Positions 37,321 through 46,373 of a stretch of DNA of 56,236 bases are shown here, piece after piece (position 1 is the first letter of the stretch; every line of letters starts with the position of its first letter). The translations under genes were made by a program, and so were the position numbers. Source of the stretch: Eubacteriales bacterium (lineage in GTDB: Bacteria > Bacillota > Clostridia > Oscillospirales > CAG-272). The stretch is taken from NCBI GenBank assembly GCA_045539995.1, contig JAZQGJ010000069.1, positions 1-56,236 on the forward strand. The letters are read 5' to 3'. The notes below the pieces were generated by a model. It searched no databases. It was not told the DNA's origin and saw only the letters and a list, made by a program, of their open reading frames with translations.

Positions 37321-38208
37321 TTATTTATGATTCTTATATCCCTCTATCTTGCTTATAAGATATCTCCCCGTATCGTGCATAAATTTAAGCGCGGTCGGGA
37401 TAAATTCGGGGGGATAGGGCCAAAGGAACGCGTCCGCCTCATACGTAAAGTCGCCGTTATAGCCTATATCGGCAAGAGTCTTGCATATATCTTCCCAATT
37501 CATATCCTTGGTACAAGGGAGCGTGTGAAGGTCTTTTACACGGTTGTTATCGTGAATGTGAAGCGATTTTATTCTGTCTGCGCCCATAAAGCGCAGCATA
37601 TCCGACGCAGGCTTTCCGCAAAGCTCGCTGTGCCCGAGGTCAAGGCACCCCGTTATCCATTCGCTTCCCAAATCGTCTATGTATTTACAGAACTCATCGG
37701 GAGAGGCGCAAACACTGTCTCTGCCTCCGTCTCTGCTCTGGTCTTTCTCATACATATTTTCGACTGCAACCTTTATTCCGTACTCCTCGCAGTAGGGGAT
37801 AAGCGAACGGTAAAACTGCATATTGGTCTCATAAAGAGCCGCTGCGTTCATATGATATCTCATGTGCATTATCGGATGCACGACTATGATTTCAGAACCG
37901 AGAAATGCCGAAATCTCCATAGAGCGTATTATTTTATCCCTTATCGTCGCGTTATACGCCTCGTCGGAGTCCGAGCTTGACGGAAACGGTGCGTGAGCCT
38001 GTAAAAAGCGAATTCCGCACGAATCAGCCTTCTCCTTCATTTGTCTGGCTATATTCATATATCCGTCAGAATTATAGGGCGAGTCGTCTCTCGTCATAGG
38101 AAACGCCGAAAAGTCAAGCCCATCGAAGCCGGCCTCCGCTATCAGCTCTATCGCCTTATCCATTCCGAGCAGCGCAGCGGGATAATTTGTGGTCGTCGTC
38201 AATTTCAT
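37321..38208 (-). CDS. xylose-isomerase-like TIM-barrel protein, paralog B
   Basis: 295 aa from ATG 38208. A GGAGGA RBS lies 9 nt upstream, and the ORF-track TTG start at 38226 contains that RBS. Motif set: VVHP, AVENMY, CLDLGHS, LHIHDN, YEAD. Confidence 0.75.
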   Translation of the reverse strand: MKLTTTTNYPAALLGMDKAIELIAEAGFDGLDFSAFPMTRDDSPYNSDGYMNIARQMKEKADSCGIRFLQAHAPFPSSSDSDEAYNATIRDKIIRSMEISAFLGSEIIVVHPIMHMRYHMNAAALYETNMQFYRSLIPYCEEYGIKVAVENMYEKDQSRDGGRDSVCASPDEFCKYIDDLGSEWITGCLDLGHSELCGKPASDMLRFMGADRIKSLHIHDNNRVKDLHTLPCTKDMNWEDICKTLADIGYNGDFTYEADAFLWPYPPEFIPTALKFMHDTGRYLISKIEGYKNHK

Positions 38209-38253
38209 ATGCTTGTATTCCTCCAACTCAATAAAATCTGCAAATAAATATAC

Positions 38254-39144
38254 TTATTTTTGATTCCTGTAGCTCTCTATCTTGCTTATAAGATATCTTC
38301 CCGTATCGTGCATAAACTTAAGCGCGGTCGAAAGGAATTCGGGAGAGTACTGCTTCAAGAAATTGTCCGCCTCGTATGTAAAGTTGCCCTTATAGCCTGT
38401 TTCCGCTATCGCCTTACATATCTCTTCCCAGTTCATATTTCTTGTGTAAGGAATCATATGGCTATCCTTTATATAGTCGCAGTCGCTTACGTGGAGCGCG
38501 GTTATTCTGTCTGCTCCCACCTGTCTTAACACGTCGTAGGAGGGCTTTCCGCAAAGGTCGGCGTGCGCGAAATCGAGACAGCCCGTTATCCATTCGCTGT
38601 TTAAATCGTCTATGTATTTACAAAACTCCTGCGGATTGGCGCAGACGCCGTCTATGCAGACGCCTCTCGTTTTATCTGTCTGATACAGGTTTTCCACCGC
38701 TACTTTAATTCCGTACTTTTCGCAGTAGGAGATAAGCGAACGGTAAAACTCCATATTCATTTCGTAAAGGGCTTCTACATTGGTGCTATAATCTAAATGC
38801 TGGATAGGATGAACAACTATAGTTTCAACTCCAAGCGCTGCGGAAAACTCCATAGAGTGTACTATTTTGTCCTTTATGGTTGCGTTGTATTCGTCATTTC
38901 CCTCCCAGCTCGACGGGAAAGAGGAATGCGCCTGTACGAAGGGAATTCCGCACTCGTCTGCCTTCGCTTTCATAGCCTTCGCCATATCCAAGGTCCATTC
39001 ATACCATTTGATAGGACATTCGGCGCTCGTCTTATAAAAAGCCGAAAAGTCGATAGCGTCGAAGCCTGCCTCGGCTATCATTTCTATTGTTTTTTCCATT
39101 CCGAAAACTCGGGCAAGGTGGTCTGTTGTAGTAACTAAAAGCAT
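38254..39144 (-). CDS. xylose-isomerase-like TIM-barrel protein, paralog C
   Basis: 296 aa. It is the most diverged copy (CLDFAHA, LHVSDC instead of LHxHDN). GGGGGA RBS. Confidence 0.75.
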   Translation of the reverse strand: MLLVTTTDHLARVFGMEKTIEMIAEAGFDAIDFSAFYKTSAECPIKWYEWTLDMAKAMKAKADECGIPFVQAHSSFPSSWEGNDEYNATIKDKIVHSMEFSAALGVETIVVHPIQHLDYSTNVEALYEMNMEFYRSLISYCEKYGIKVAVENLYQTDKTRGVCIDGVCANPQEFCKYIDDLNSEWITGCLDFAHADLCGKPSYDVLRQVGADRITALHVSDCDYIKDSHMIPYTRNMNWEEICKAIAETGYKGNFTYEADNFLKQYSPEFLSTALKFMHDTGRYLISKIESYRNQK

Positions 39145-39186
39145 GTTTTTGTCCCCCTGGAATACAAATTTATTTAAGTTAATTTT

Positions 39187-39214
39187 ATTATAGCATTTTT
39201 TTAATAATTGTCAA
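39187..39214 (-). promoter_or_regulatory. strong sigma-A promoter for the TIM-barrel x3/pncC/galT/bioY unit
   Basis: Minus strand reads TTGACA (39209-39214), 16 nt, then TATAAT (39187-39192). Confidence 0.7.
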
Positions 39215-39461
39215 GCAAAAAAGGGGATTTTTGTCTGTTTTGTTTCTTCTTGTTTTTTGTAATTTATTACGCCTTCATTTCCTTTTTTACCCCTTACGGA
39301 AATTTGCTTTAATATAAAACGGCTTTCATAGACTTTCATATAATTTAAAAAAACTCTTGACTTTTTCTTCTGATTATGCTTTCATTATAGTGAGAAAGCC
39401 ATTTGATTATGTAAAAAAGCAAAAGGAAAGCGAACGTAATTTAGCTTAAAGGTACTGCGAT

Positions 39462-40385
39462 ATGAAAATAATAACTCTTACACTTAACCCCGCCTTCGAT
39501 ATGCATTGCTTCGTCGAGGATTTTAAGCCCTGTTTTGAAAATCTTGCCGACGTAGTCTCACTTGACGCAGGCGGAAAAGGGATAAACGTCTCACGCGCGC
39601 TTCTCTCGCTCGGTGTTGAATCGAAGGCTATAGTAGCGCTTGGCGACGAAAACGGAGACGCCTTTCGCCGCGCGCTTGCCTCTGACGGAATAGATAGCAT
39701 TTTCATTGAGCAAAAAGGCCGCATACGTGAAAACATAACGCTTCACACGAAAGCCTCTGCCGAAACGAGAATAAGCTTTCGTGGCTTTTCGTCGGACGCT
39801 TCCCTGCTTCGCCGAGTCCGAGACTCCCTTGAAAATATTATCGACTCGGAAACGATAGTCACGTTTACGGGAAGCCTGCCCACGGGCGTAAGCGTTGAGG
39901 ACGCGAAAAGTATGCTATGTGACGTGAAAGCGATGGGGGCGAGGATAGTCATAGACTCCCGTTCCTTTAAGCTCGACGACATCAAAGCCGTTCGTCCTTG
40001 GCTTATAAAGCCAAACGAACAAGAGATTTCAATGTATTCCGAATTAAAGGTCACCGAGTTCGAAAGCGCGAAAAGGGCGGCAGCCGAGCTTCGCGAAAGC
40101 TGCTCGGAAAACGTTATGATAAGCCTTGGCAGTGCGGGCGCAGTTCTCGCCTGCGAAAGTGGAGTATTTACTGCAAACGCGCCAAAAATAGAAGTACTCT
40201 CCACCGTAGGCGCGGGAGATAGCTCTATAGCAGGCTTTATAGCCGCTAAAAAATCGGGATTTTCTTACGCCGATATGCTTAAATACGCCGTATGCTGTGG
40301 CAGCGCCGCCTGTATGACAGAGGGCACGCGCCCTCCCGAAAAAGCCGTGTTCGACGCGCTGCTATCGCAGGTCCAGGTCAGATAA
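39462..40385 (+). CDS. PfkB-family 1-phosphofructokinase / tagatose-6-phosphate kinase
   Basis: 307 aa. N-terminal TLNPAFD, GGKGINV, and C-terminal GAGDSSIAGF (PfkB signature 2). Confidence 0.8.
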   Translation: MKIITLTLNPAFDMHCFVEDFKPCFENLADVVSLDAGGKGINVSRALLSLGVESKAIVALGDENGDAFRRALASDGIDSIFIEQKGRIRENITLHTKASAETRISFRGFSSDASLLRRVRDSLENIIDSETIVTFTGSLPTGVSVEDAKSMLCDVKAMGARIVIDSRSFKLDDIKAVRPWLIKPNEQEISMYSELKVTEFESAKRAAAELRESCSENVMISLGSAGAVLACESGVFTANAPKIEVLSTVGAGDSSIAGFIAAKKSGFSYADMLKYAVCCGSAACMTEGTRPPEKAVFDALLSQVQVR

Positions 40386-40437
40386 CGAGGCCTTGTCTTT
40401 CCTTTTCAAAAAATAAATAACGTATCAAATTAAATAT

Positions 40438-40480
40438 AAAAAGCTCTCACAAGCCTTTTCGGTCTGTGGGAGCTTTTGCC
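40438..40480. terminator. bidirectional terminator between the convergent pfkB and glnN genes
   Basis: Arms AAGCTCTCACA (40441-40451) and TGTGGGAGCTT (40465-40475) are flanked by A-runs on one side and T-runs on the other. Confidence 0.65.
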
Positions 40481-40507
40481 GTTTTATTTTTTCTCGTAAA
40501 ATTTACG

Positions 40508-42598
40508 TCAATTATAGAAAAGCATATCGGCATAGGTAGGATAGGGCCAATACTTTTTCGCTGTTTTTTGCTCAAGCTCATCTATCGACGCGCGAAGCTC
40601 GTTTAAGAGACGGCGGACATCCTTGTCATATAAGCGCGCGCGCTCGCAGACGTTTTCCTTTTTCTCTGCCGAATTTACCGTCCTCTCAAGCTTGACGGCT
40701 GAGCTTGCAGTCTTGTCGCATGCAGAAGAAAGCTTCTTTAGAAGGTCGCGCTCGAAGCCTGAGGATATTCCTAATTCCGCCTTTCTGAGCGCAAGCTCGG
40801 TAAGTGAATTCATATACGATGCAACCGAGGGCAATATCTCCTTGTTTATCATATCAATAAGCGTAAGCGCCTCGATATGCACCGTCTTTGCGAAGCTCTC
40901 GAGCATTATGTCGCAACGGGAATTTACCTCTGACGCGGTAAAGATGCCGTGACGCTCAAAGAGCGCTACGTTCTGCTCGGAACGGAGATAGGGCAAAGAC
41001 TCCGCTGAGGTCTTAAGATTCGGAAGCCCTCTTTTTTCTGCCTCCTCAGTCCAGCCGTCCGAATAACCGTTTCCGTTGAAGATAACTCTCTTATGCTCGG
41101 CATAGGTTTCCTTTATAAGCTCGAGCACGGCTTCGTGCAGGTCTTTTGCGTCGCTTAAGCGCTCGGCAAATCTGTCAAGCACATCTGAAACTATCGTATT
41201 AAGTATAATGTTGGGCTCTGCTATGGAAAGCGACGAGCCAAGCATACGGAACTCGAATTTGTTACCCGTAAAGGCAAAGGGCGAGGTACGGTTTCTGTCG
41301 GTGTTATCCTTGCGTATTTTGGGAAGAACGTCGGCGCCTATATCCATATAGACCTTTCCCTTTTTGTCGTAGCCCTTGCCGTTTTCTATAGAGTCAAATA
41401 TCTCGGTAAGCTCGTCTCCCAAGAAGATAGAAACGATAGCGGGGGGCGCTTCGCTTGCGCCGAGACGGTAGTCGTTACCCGCAGACGCGACTGTCAGACG
41501 GAGCAGGGGCGCGTACTCGTCAACTGCGGCAATAACAGCAACTATAAAGAGTAAGAACTGCAAATTCTCGCTCGGAGACTCTCCCGGCTCCAAAAGATTT
41601 ATACCCGACGCCGTAGAGAGCGCCCAGTTGTTATGCTTTCCGCTTCCGTTGACTCCCATAAAGGGCTTCTCGTGTAAAAGACATACAAGCCCGTGCTTTT
41701 CCGCCACCTTTTTCATCATCTCCATCGTGAGCTGATTATGGTCGCAGGCTATATTTGTAGTCGAATATATGGGCGCAAGCTCGTGCTGCGCGGGAGCCGC
41801 CTCGTTATGCTCTGTTTTCGCCATAACGCCGAGCTTCCACAATTCAATATCAAGCTCCTCCATGAACGCCTTTACCTTGGGCTTTATAGCGCCGAAATAA
41901 TGGTCGTCCATTTCCTGTCTTTTCGGAGGAGTCGCGCCAAAAAGCGTTCTTCCGCAGAACTGCAAATCCTCTCGTTTGTCGTAAAGCTCTTTGGGGATAA
42001 GGAAATATTCCTGCTCAGCGCCTACGGTCGTGGTAGGCGTAAGGTCTCCTCTGCCGAAAAGCTCAAGTATTCTTTTTACCGAGCGCGATATCGCCTGCAT
42101 AGAGCGAAGCAAGGGCGTTTTTTTGTCAAGCACCTCTCCTCCGTACGAGCAGAACGCCGTAGGTATGTAGAGCGTGCCCTCCTTTACAAAGGCAGGCGAC
42201 GTGGGGTCCCACGCCGTGTAGCCTCTCGCCTCAAAGGTAGCGCGCAGGCCTCCCGACGGAAACGACGACGCGTCGGGCTCTCCCTTCACGAGCGCCTTTC
42301 CAGAAAAGCGCATAATTATCTGTCCGTTGTCAAGCGGCTCTATAAAGCTGTCGTGCTTCTCCGCCGTAATTCCCGTCATGGGCTGGAACCAGTGCGTAAA
42401 ATGAGTAGCACCGCGTTCCATAGCCCACTCCTTCATCGCCGTCGCGACAGAATTAGCTATGTCAAGCTTCAAAGCCTCTCCGTTCTCTATCGTGTTTTTT
42501 AATGCCTTATATACGTCCTTTGGCAGTCTCTCTCTCATAACGGCATCGCCGAATACCATACTGCCGAATATTTCGGGGACCTTCTTTGCGTTTTCCAT
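40508..42598 (-). CDS. glnN: glutamine synthetase type III
   Basis: 696 aa. The GSIII N-terminus ([11 protein letters not shown]..., THFTHWFQP) and the catalytic region ([26 protein letters not shown]). Confidence 0.9.
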   Translation of the reverse strand: MENAKKVPEIFGSMVFGDAVMRERLPKDVYKALKNTIENGEALKLDIANSVATAMKEWAMERGATHFTHWFQPMTGITAEKHDSFIEPLDNGQIIMRFSGKALVKGEPDASSFPSGGLRATFEARGYTAWDPTSPAFVKEGTLYIPTAFCSYGGEVLDKKTPLLRSMQAISRSVKRILELFGRGDLTPTTTVGAEQEYFLIPKELYDKREDLQFCGRTLFGATPPKRQEMDDHYFGAIKPKVKAFMEELDIELWKLGVMAKTEHNEAAPAQHELAPIYSTTNIACDHNQLTMEMMKKVAEKHGLVCLLHEKPFMGVNGSGKHNNWALSTASGINLLEPGESPSENLQFLLFIVAVIAAVDEYAPLLRLTVASAGNDYRLGASEAPPAIVSIFLGDELTEIFDSIENGKGYDKKGKVYMDIGADVLPKIRKDNTDRNRTSPFAFTGNKFEFRMLGSSLSIAEPNIILNTIVSDVLDRFAERLSDAKDLHEAVLELIKETYAEHKRVIFNGNGYSDGWTEEAEKRGLPNLKTSAESLPYLRSEQNVALFERHGIFTASEVNSRCDIMLESFAKTVHIEALTLIDMINKEILPSVASYMNSLTELALRKAELGISSGFERDLLKKLSSACDKTASSAVKLERTVNSAEKKENVCERARLYDKDVRRLLNELRASIDELEQKTAKKYWPYPTYADMLFYN

Positions 42599-42640
42599 AT
42601 TTATCTCCCTACGGATTTATTTAGATATTCTCATTTTATC

Positions 42641-42670
42641 ATTATACACTATAAAGAGTATGCTTGTCAA
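42641..42670 (-). promoter_or_regulatory. sigma-A promoter of glnN
   Basis: Minus strand reads TTGACA (42665-42670), 18 nt, then TATAAT (42641-42646). Confidence 0.65.
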
Positions 42671-42752
42671 GAAATATTTGTTAACATCCCTTGCCTAATA
42701 TCCCTTGCATAAAGGCATCCTGCCATTCACGCGCTCCCCATAAAAATACTCC

Positions 42753-42781
42753 TTGACAAAGGTTACGAAATCAAGTATAAT
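42753..42781 (+). promoter_or_regulatory. sigma-A promoter of the exonuclease gene
   Basis: TTGACA (42753-42758), 17 nt, then TATAAT (42776-42781). Confidence 0.7.
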
Positions 42782-42882
42782 ATATCTTGTGAAAAAATGA
42801 AAATCGGGCATGCCCCGCGAAAGCGCGTTAAATTCAGTGTCTGCGAGGCAATACCGTATCCATATATAAGAGAGAATTAAAT

Positions 42883-43893
42883 ATGAAGTACATTATGCTG
42901 GACCTCGAATGGAATCAGGCATATGCGCAGAAGGCTATTGCTGTGCAAAAGCGTCTTTCCGCGCGCCTGCGAGGCGAGGTCATTCAAATAGGCGCCGTTA
43001 TGCTGGACGAGGAAATGAATTTCTGCGGCAGCTACAGCGTTCTTGTAAAGCCTAAATATTTTTGTAAAATCCACCGTCACGTTATGCTTCTGACGGGGAT
43101 TACGCAGGAAATGATGGATAGCGGCGCGCCGCTTGAAAGCGCCATAGTCAAGTTCCACCAGTGGTGCGGAGACGACTTCGCCTTCTTCACCTGGGGCCCC
43201 GACGACATCCCGATGCTCAAAGAAAATTTAGCTGTCTGCGACGTAAGCTCGGAGTGGCTTGACAACGTTTTTGACCTGCAGCCCATCTTCAACGCCCAGA
43301 CGGACGGGCAGAAGCAGCAGCGCTCGCTCGAATTTGCTATGGAGCATTTCGGGATTGAGCAGACGCTTCCCTCGCACGACGCATTAAACGACGCCTACTT
43401 CACCGCGCTCGTCGCGCAGAAGCTCGACCTCAAAAAAGGAATGGCACAGTATCATAGCGCTGACGAGGATTGTCTCTTCGACGAGACCTACGGCGATTCC
43501 AATATAGGCGAGGACGGCTACGTGGAAATCTCCGAATTCTTCGCGGAGGAAAAATCGGGCATTACCCGTTGTCCGAAATGCAATTCACTTCTCTCGGACA
43601 AGCATAGCACGCTTCACTGCAAGGGACGAAGATATCTGACGCTTTTCAAGTGCGAAGAGCACGGCCCTATCTTCCTGCAAATAAAAATGCATAAGAATTT
43701 TGACGAGACCTGGCGCGCGAGAAAGACGGTGCTTTTAGCAAAGGAAAATGAAATTTCCGAGTACCTCGGCAGACTCGAGGAAAGCGAAATCAAAAGGACC
43801 AAGCGCAGAAGAACGAGACGCCCCCATTCGAGAAAGAAGCAACAGGGCGGCAATTCGGAAGCCAAACAAATACAGACCCCTGCTCCCACGTGA
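42883..43893 (+). CDS. DEDDh 3'-5' exonuclease (DnaQ/ERI-1/KapD-like) with a C-terminal Cys-rich segment and basic tail
   Basis: 336 aa. Exo I = MLDLEWN, Exo II = FFTWGPDDIPML, Exo III = HDALNDA. Then CPKC...C...C..H, and the tail KRTKRRRTRRPHSRKK. Confidence 0.75.
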   Translation: MKYIMLDLEWNQAYAQKAIAVQKRLSARLRGEVIQIGAVMLDEEMNFCGSYSVLVKPKYFCKIHRHVMLLTGITQEMMDSGAPLESAIVKFHQWCGDDFAFFTWGPDDIPMLKENLAVCDVSSEWLDNVFDLQPIFNAQTDGQKQQRSLEFAMEHFGIEQTLPSHDALNDAYFTALVAQKLDLKKGMAQYHSADEDCLFDETYGDSNIGEDGYVEISEFFAEEKSGITRCPKCNSLLSDKHSTLHCKGRRYLTLFKCEEHGPIFLQIKMHKNFDETWRARKTVLLAKENEISEYLGRLEESEIKRTKRRRTRRPHSRKKQQGGNSEAKQIQTPAPT

Positions 43894-43970
43894 CCTCGGC
43901 GCGAAAAACCGCCTATACGAGCAAGGATGCTTTCATAAGATAACTTGAATAAAGCTGTTTTCAGCATTAT

Positions 43971-44003
43971 GAAAAGACGGAGAAAAATCTCCGTCTTTTC
44001 CCG
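43971..44003 (+). terminator. intrinsic terminator after the exonuclease gene
   Basis: AAAAGACGGAGA (43971-43982) / TCTCCGTCTTTT (43987-43998) plus a T-rich tail. Confidence 0.8.
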
Positions 44004-44049
44004 TTTTCACTGAAAATGTGAAAATTTGTACAAAAATGTAAAAAAACTA

Positions 44050-44078
44050 TTGACGGTTTTGTTTTTTTATGTTAATAT
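44050..44078 (+). promoter_or_regulatory. sigma-A promoter of the lysine riboswitch-nhaC unit
   Basis: TTGACG (44050-44055), 17 nt, then TAATAT (44073-44078). Confidence 0.7.
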
Positions 44079-44084
44079 AGTAGC

Positions 44085-44312
44085 ATAAGTGATAGAGGTG
44101 CGGTTCTTAAAAGTAGGGATATAAAGGAGGGCGGATACCCGAGTCCCGAAAGGAATGACTGCCGAAGGAGTGGAAAGTATCCGTTATTCACTGCCTGGTC
44201 GTATATATAATATGTGTGCGACTGTCACGTAGGTGGAGCGCTATCATTCTATTCTGCTTTTAGCGGTTATGGCGTGGTTTCTGCTTTGCCATAACCGTTT
44301 TATATTTTTTTT
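44085..44312 (+). promoter_or_regulatory. lysine riboswitch (L-box) with terminator expression platform
   Basis: L-box core blocks appear in order: ATAGAGGTGCG, AGTAGGG, TGCCGAAGG, ACTGCCTGGTCG, CTGTCAC, GGAGCGCTATC. This matches my memory of the B. subtilis lysC leader. The terminator is GCGGTTATGGC (44263-44273) / GCCATAACCGT (44288-44298) plus a T-run. Confidence 0.88.
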
Positions 44313-44325
44313 GGAGGTTTTTATC

Positions 44326-45963
44326 ATGAAGAAAAGGTTAGTACAAGCAATTGTAATCGCGCTTCTTCTCGCATTGGTCGTTGTTTGCGCCGTAGTAGTA
44401 AAAACGAGCGTAGACGGCGCCGATAGCAATTACTATTCCACCTTTGTCGCATTGCTTCCTCCCTTGGTAGCAATCGCGCTCGCGCTCGTAACGAAGGAGG
44501 TTTATTCCTCGCTTTTCTGCGGAGTGCTTCTCGGAGGTCTTTTGGCTGCAAACTGGCAGCCCGTTAAGGCGTTCGACATATTTATGAACGACGGTCTCAT
44601 TTCTGCCGTATCAGGCACTGCGGGCATCTTCATTTTCTTGGTTGTGCTCGGAATTTTGGTTGCTCTGATAAACAAGGCGGGCGGCTCTGCCGCATTCGGA
44701 AGATGGGCTGAAGTACATATCAAGACGAGAGTAGGCGCTATGTTTGCCACCTTCGTTTTGGGAATTCTCATCTTTATCGACGACTATTTCAACTGTCTGA
44801 CAGTCGGAAGCGTTATGCGTCCCGTAACGGATAAGCACAAGATTTCCCGCGCAAAATTCGCTTACCTCATAGACGCGACGGCTGCTCCCGTTTGTATGAT
44901 AGCTCCCGTTTCCTCCTGGGCTGCTGCCGTTTCCAAGTTTGCTGAGGGCACAGGATATTCCGGAATCGAGCTTTTCGTTCGCGCTATTCCCTACAACTTC
45001 TATTCGCTTCTTACCTTCGTATTTATCATCGCCATCGTTCTTATGAAGTTCGATTTCGGTCCTATGAAATTGCACGAAATGAACGCTCTCGTAAACGGCG
45101 ACCTCTTCACGTCGGGTGAAAGAAATGAAGAAACGTTGGGCGAAAAGGAAAATGAAAAGGGCAAGGTCCTCGACCTCATTCTCCCCGTTGTTGTGCTCAT
45201 CATTATCTGCGTAGTAGCTCTGCTCTACGTCGGCGGTATGTTCGGCGTTGACGCTTGGGGCGGCACCGACTTCAAGGGCGACTTCATCGGCGCATTCGGT
45301 AACACCGACGCTACAATAGGCCTGCCTTGGGGCGCAACGATAGCTCTCGTTCTCACCATCGCATATCTTATCATCAGACGCGTAGTTACCTTCAAGGAAG
45401 CTATGGAATGTGTTCCGAAGGGCTTTATTGCAATGGTTCCCGCAATCCTCATTCTTACGTTCGCTACCGCCTTGAAGAATACGACAGGTCTCTTGGGCGC
45501 CGACGTCTACGTAGAGGGTCTTATGAAGAACGCGGCTGAAGGACTTGCTAACTTCCTGCCCGCCGTTATATTCCTCGTTGCTTGCGTACTCGCATTTGCG
45601 ACAGGTACCTCGTGGGGTACGTTCGGAATTCTCATTCCTATCGTTGCCGCTATCTTCGAGCCCACAAGCGAGCTTCTCATCATCGGTATGTCGGCTTGTC
45701 TCGCAGGCGCTGTTTGCGGCGACCACTGCTCTCCCATCTCGGATACGACAATTATGTCCTCCGCAGGCGCGCAGTGCAACCACTTGAACCACGTTTCGAC
45801 TCAGATTCCCTACGCTGTAACCGTTGCGGCGCTTTCCTTTGTAATGTATCTTGTAGCCGCATTCATTCAGAACGCTGTAATTCTTCTCTCGCTCGGCATT
45901 ATCCTCACGATTGCTACTCTCATAGTAATCAAAACTGTCACCGAAAAGAAGGAACAGAAATAA
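44326..45963 (+). CDS. nhaC: NhaC-family Na+/H+ antiporter-type membrane transporter (candidate lysine-related transporter)
   Basis: 545 aa from ATG 44326 (GGAGG RBS at 44313-44317). It is polytopic and hydrophobic throughout, with NhaC-family blocks (FIDDYFNCLTVG, CGDHCSPISDTTI). The ORF-track start at 44233 lies inside the riboswitch terminator and is rejected. Confidence 0.8.
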   Translation: MKKRLVQAIVIALLLALVVVCAVVVKTSVDGADSNYYSTFVALLPPLVAIALALVTKEVYSSLFCGVLLGGLLAANWQPVKAFDIFMNDGLISAVSGTAGIFIFLVVLGILVALINKAGGSAAFGRWAEVHIKTRVGAMFATFVLGILIFIDDYFNCLTVGSVMRPVTDKHKISRAKFAYLIDATAAPVCMIAPVSSWAAAVSKFAEGTGYSGIELFVRAIPYNFYSLLTFVFIIAIVLMKFDFGPMKLHEMNALVNGDLFTSGERNEETLGEKENEKGKVLDLILPVVVLIIICVVALLYVGGMFGVDAWGGTDFKGDFIGAFGNTDATIGLPWGATIALVLTIAYLIIRRVVTFKEAMECVPKGFIAMVPAILILTFATALKNTTGLLGADVYVEGLMKNAAEGLANFLPAVIFLVACVLAFATGTSWGTFGILIPIVAAIFEPTSELLIIGMSACLAGAVCGDHCSPISDTTIMSSAGAQCNHLNHVSTQIPYAVTVAALSFVMYLVAAFIQNAVILLSLGIILTIATLIVIKTVTEKKEQK

Positions 45964-45992
45964 GCGTATTGCTGATTAACGAATAATATAGA

Positions 45993-46027
45993 AGAGGCTG
46001 TCTCAATAAAGAGATAGCCTCTTTTTA
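45993..46027 (+). terminator. intrinsic terminator after nhaC
   Basis: AGAGGCTGTCTC (45993-46004) / GAGATAGCCTCT (46011-46022) plus TTTTT. Confidence 0.8.
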
Positions 46028-46160
46028 ATACCGTATCACACGACAGAGAAAAAATTGAAAATAAGCAAAGCAAAAAATGTCAAATAAAAGCGAAAGCTCC
46101 CCGCTCTTTTCGCCTGCCTTTAAAAATCTCGCAAAATCAAAACTAAATTCAAATTACCCC

Positions 46161-46189
46161 TTGACAACTTAAACTTTATTTGCTATAAT
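46161..46189 (+). promoter_or_regulatory. sigma-A promoter of tRNA-Ser
   Basis: TTGACA (46161-46166), 17 nt, then TATAAT (46184-46189). Confidence 0.7.
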
Positions 46190-46216
46190 AACTAAGCAAC
46201 CAAAAAGAATACTTAC

Positions 46217-46311
46217 GGAGAAGTACTCAAGTTGGCCGAAGAGGCGCCCCTGCTAAGGGTGTAGGTCGGATTTTAACCGGCGCGAGAGTTCAAATCTCTC
46301 CTTCTCCGCCA
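46217..46311 (+). tRNA. tRNA-Ser (anticodon GCU), class II with long variable arm, encoded CCA
   Basis: Acceptor GGAGAAG/CTTCTCC. The 3-bp D stem is CTC/GAG. Anticodon stem CGCCC/GGGTG with loop CT-GCT-AA. Long variable arm. T arm GAGAG-TTCAAAT-CTCTC. Discriminator G followed by CCA. Confidence 0.9.
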
Positions 46312-46314
46312 AAA

Positions 46315-46350
46315 ACAGAAGCATACCCTCGCGGTGCGCTTCTGTTTTTC
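46315..46350 (+). terminator. intrinsic terminator after tRNA-Ser
   Basis: ACAGAAGC (46315-46322) / GCTTCTGT (46338-46345) plus a T-run. Confidence 0.75.
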
Positions 46351-46373
46351 TTTTGGCGGAGAAGGAGAGATTT
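46351..46373. repeat. 23-bp perfect inverted copy of the tRNA-Ser 3' end
   Basis: TTTTGGCGGAGAAGGAGAGATTT is the exact reverse complement of 46292-46314 (T-arm 3' half, acceptor, CCA and AAA). Confidence 0.9.

Noticed and set aside
38209-38226. TTG start (MEEYKH...) for TIM-barrel paralog B
   Set aside because: These codons spell the GGAGGA ribosome-binding site for the ATG at 38208. Paralogs A and C align from that Met.
39300-39400. Repeated CTTTCAT(A/T) motifs and a GGCTTTC/GAAAGCC dyad upstream of pfkB, considered as an operator
   Set aside because: The motifs are short and AT-rich in an AT-rich spacer. No cognate regulator gene is adjacent, and I cannot distinguish them from chance by eye.
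42671-42692. GlnR/TnrA-type box (TGTNA-N7-TNACA) at the glnN promoter, suggested by TGTTAACA...TTGACA
   Set aside because: The half-sites are spaced 22 bp end to end, not 17, and the right half is simply the -35 hexamer. This is not a convincing match.
44233-44325. Upstream start for the NhaC-family gene
   Set aside because: It would place the coding sequence inside the lysine riboswitch terminator hairpin and T-run. GGAGG followed by ATG at 44326 is the evident start.
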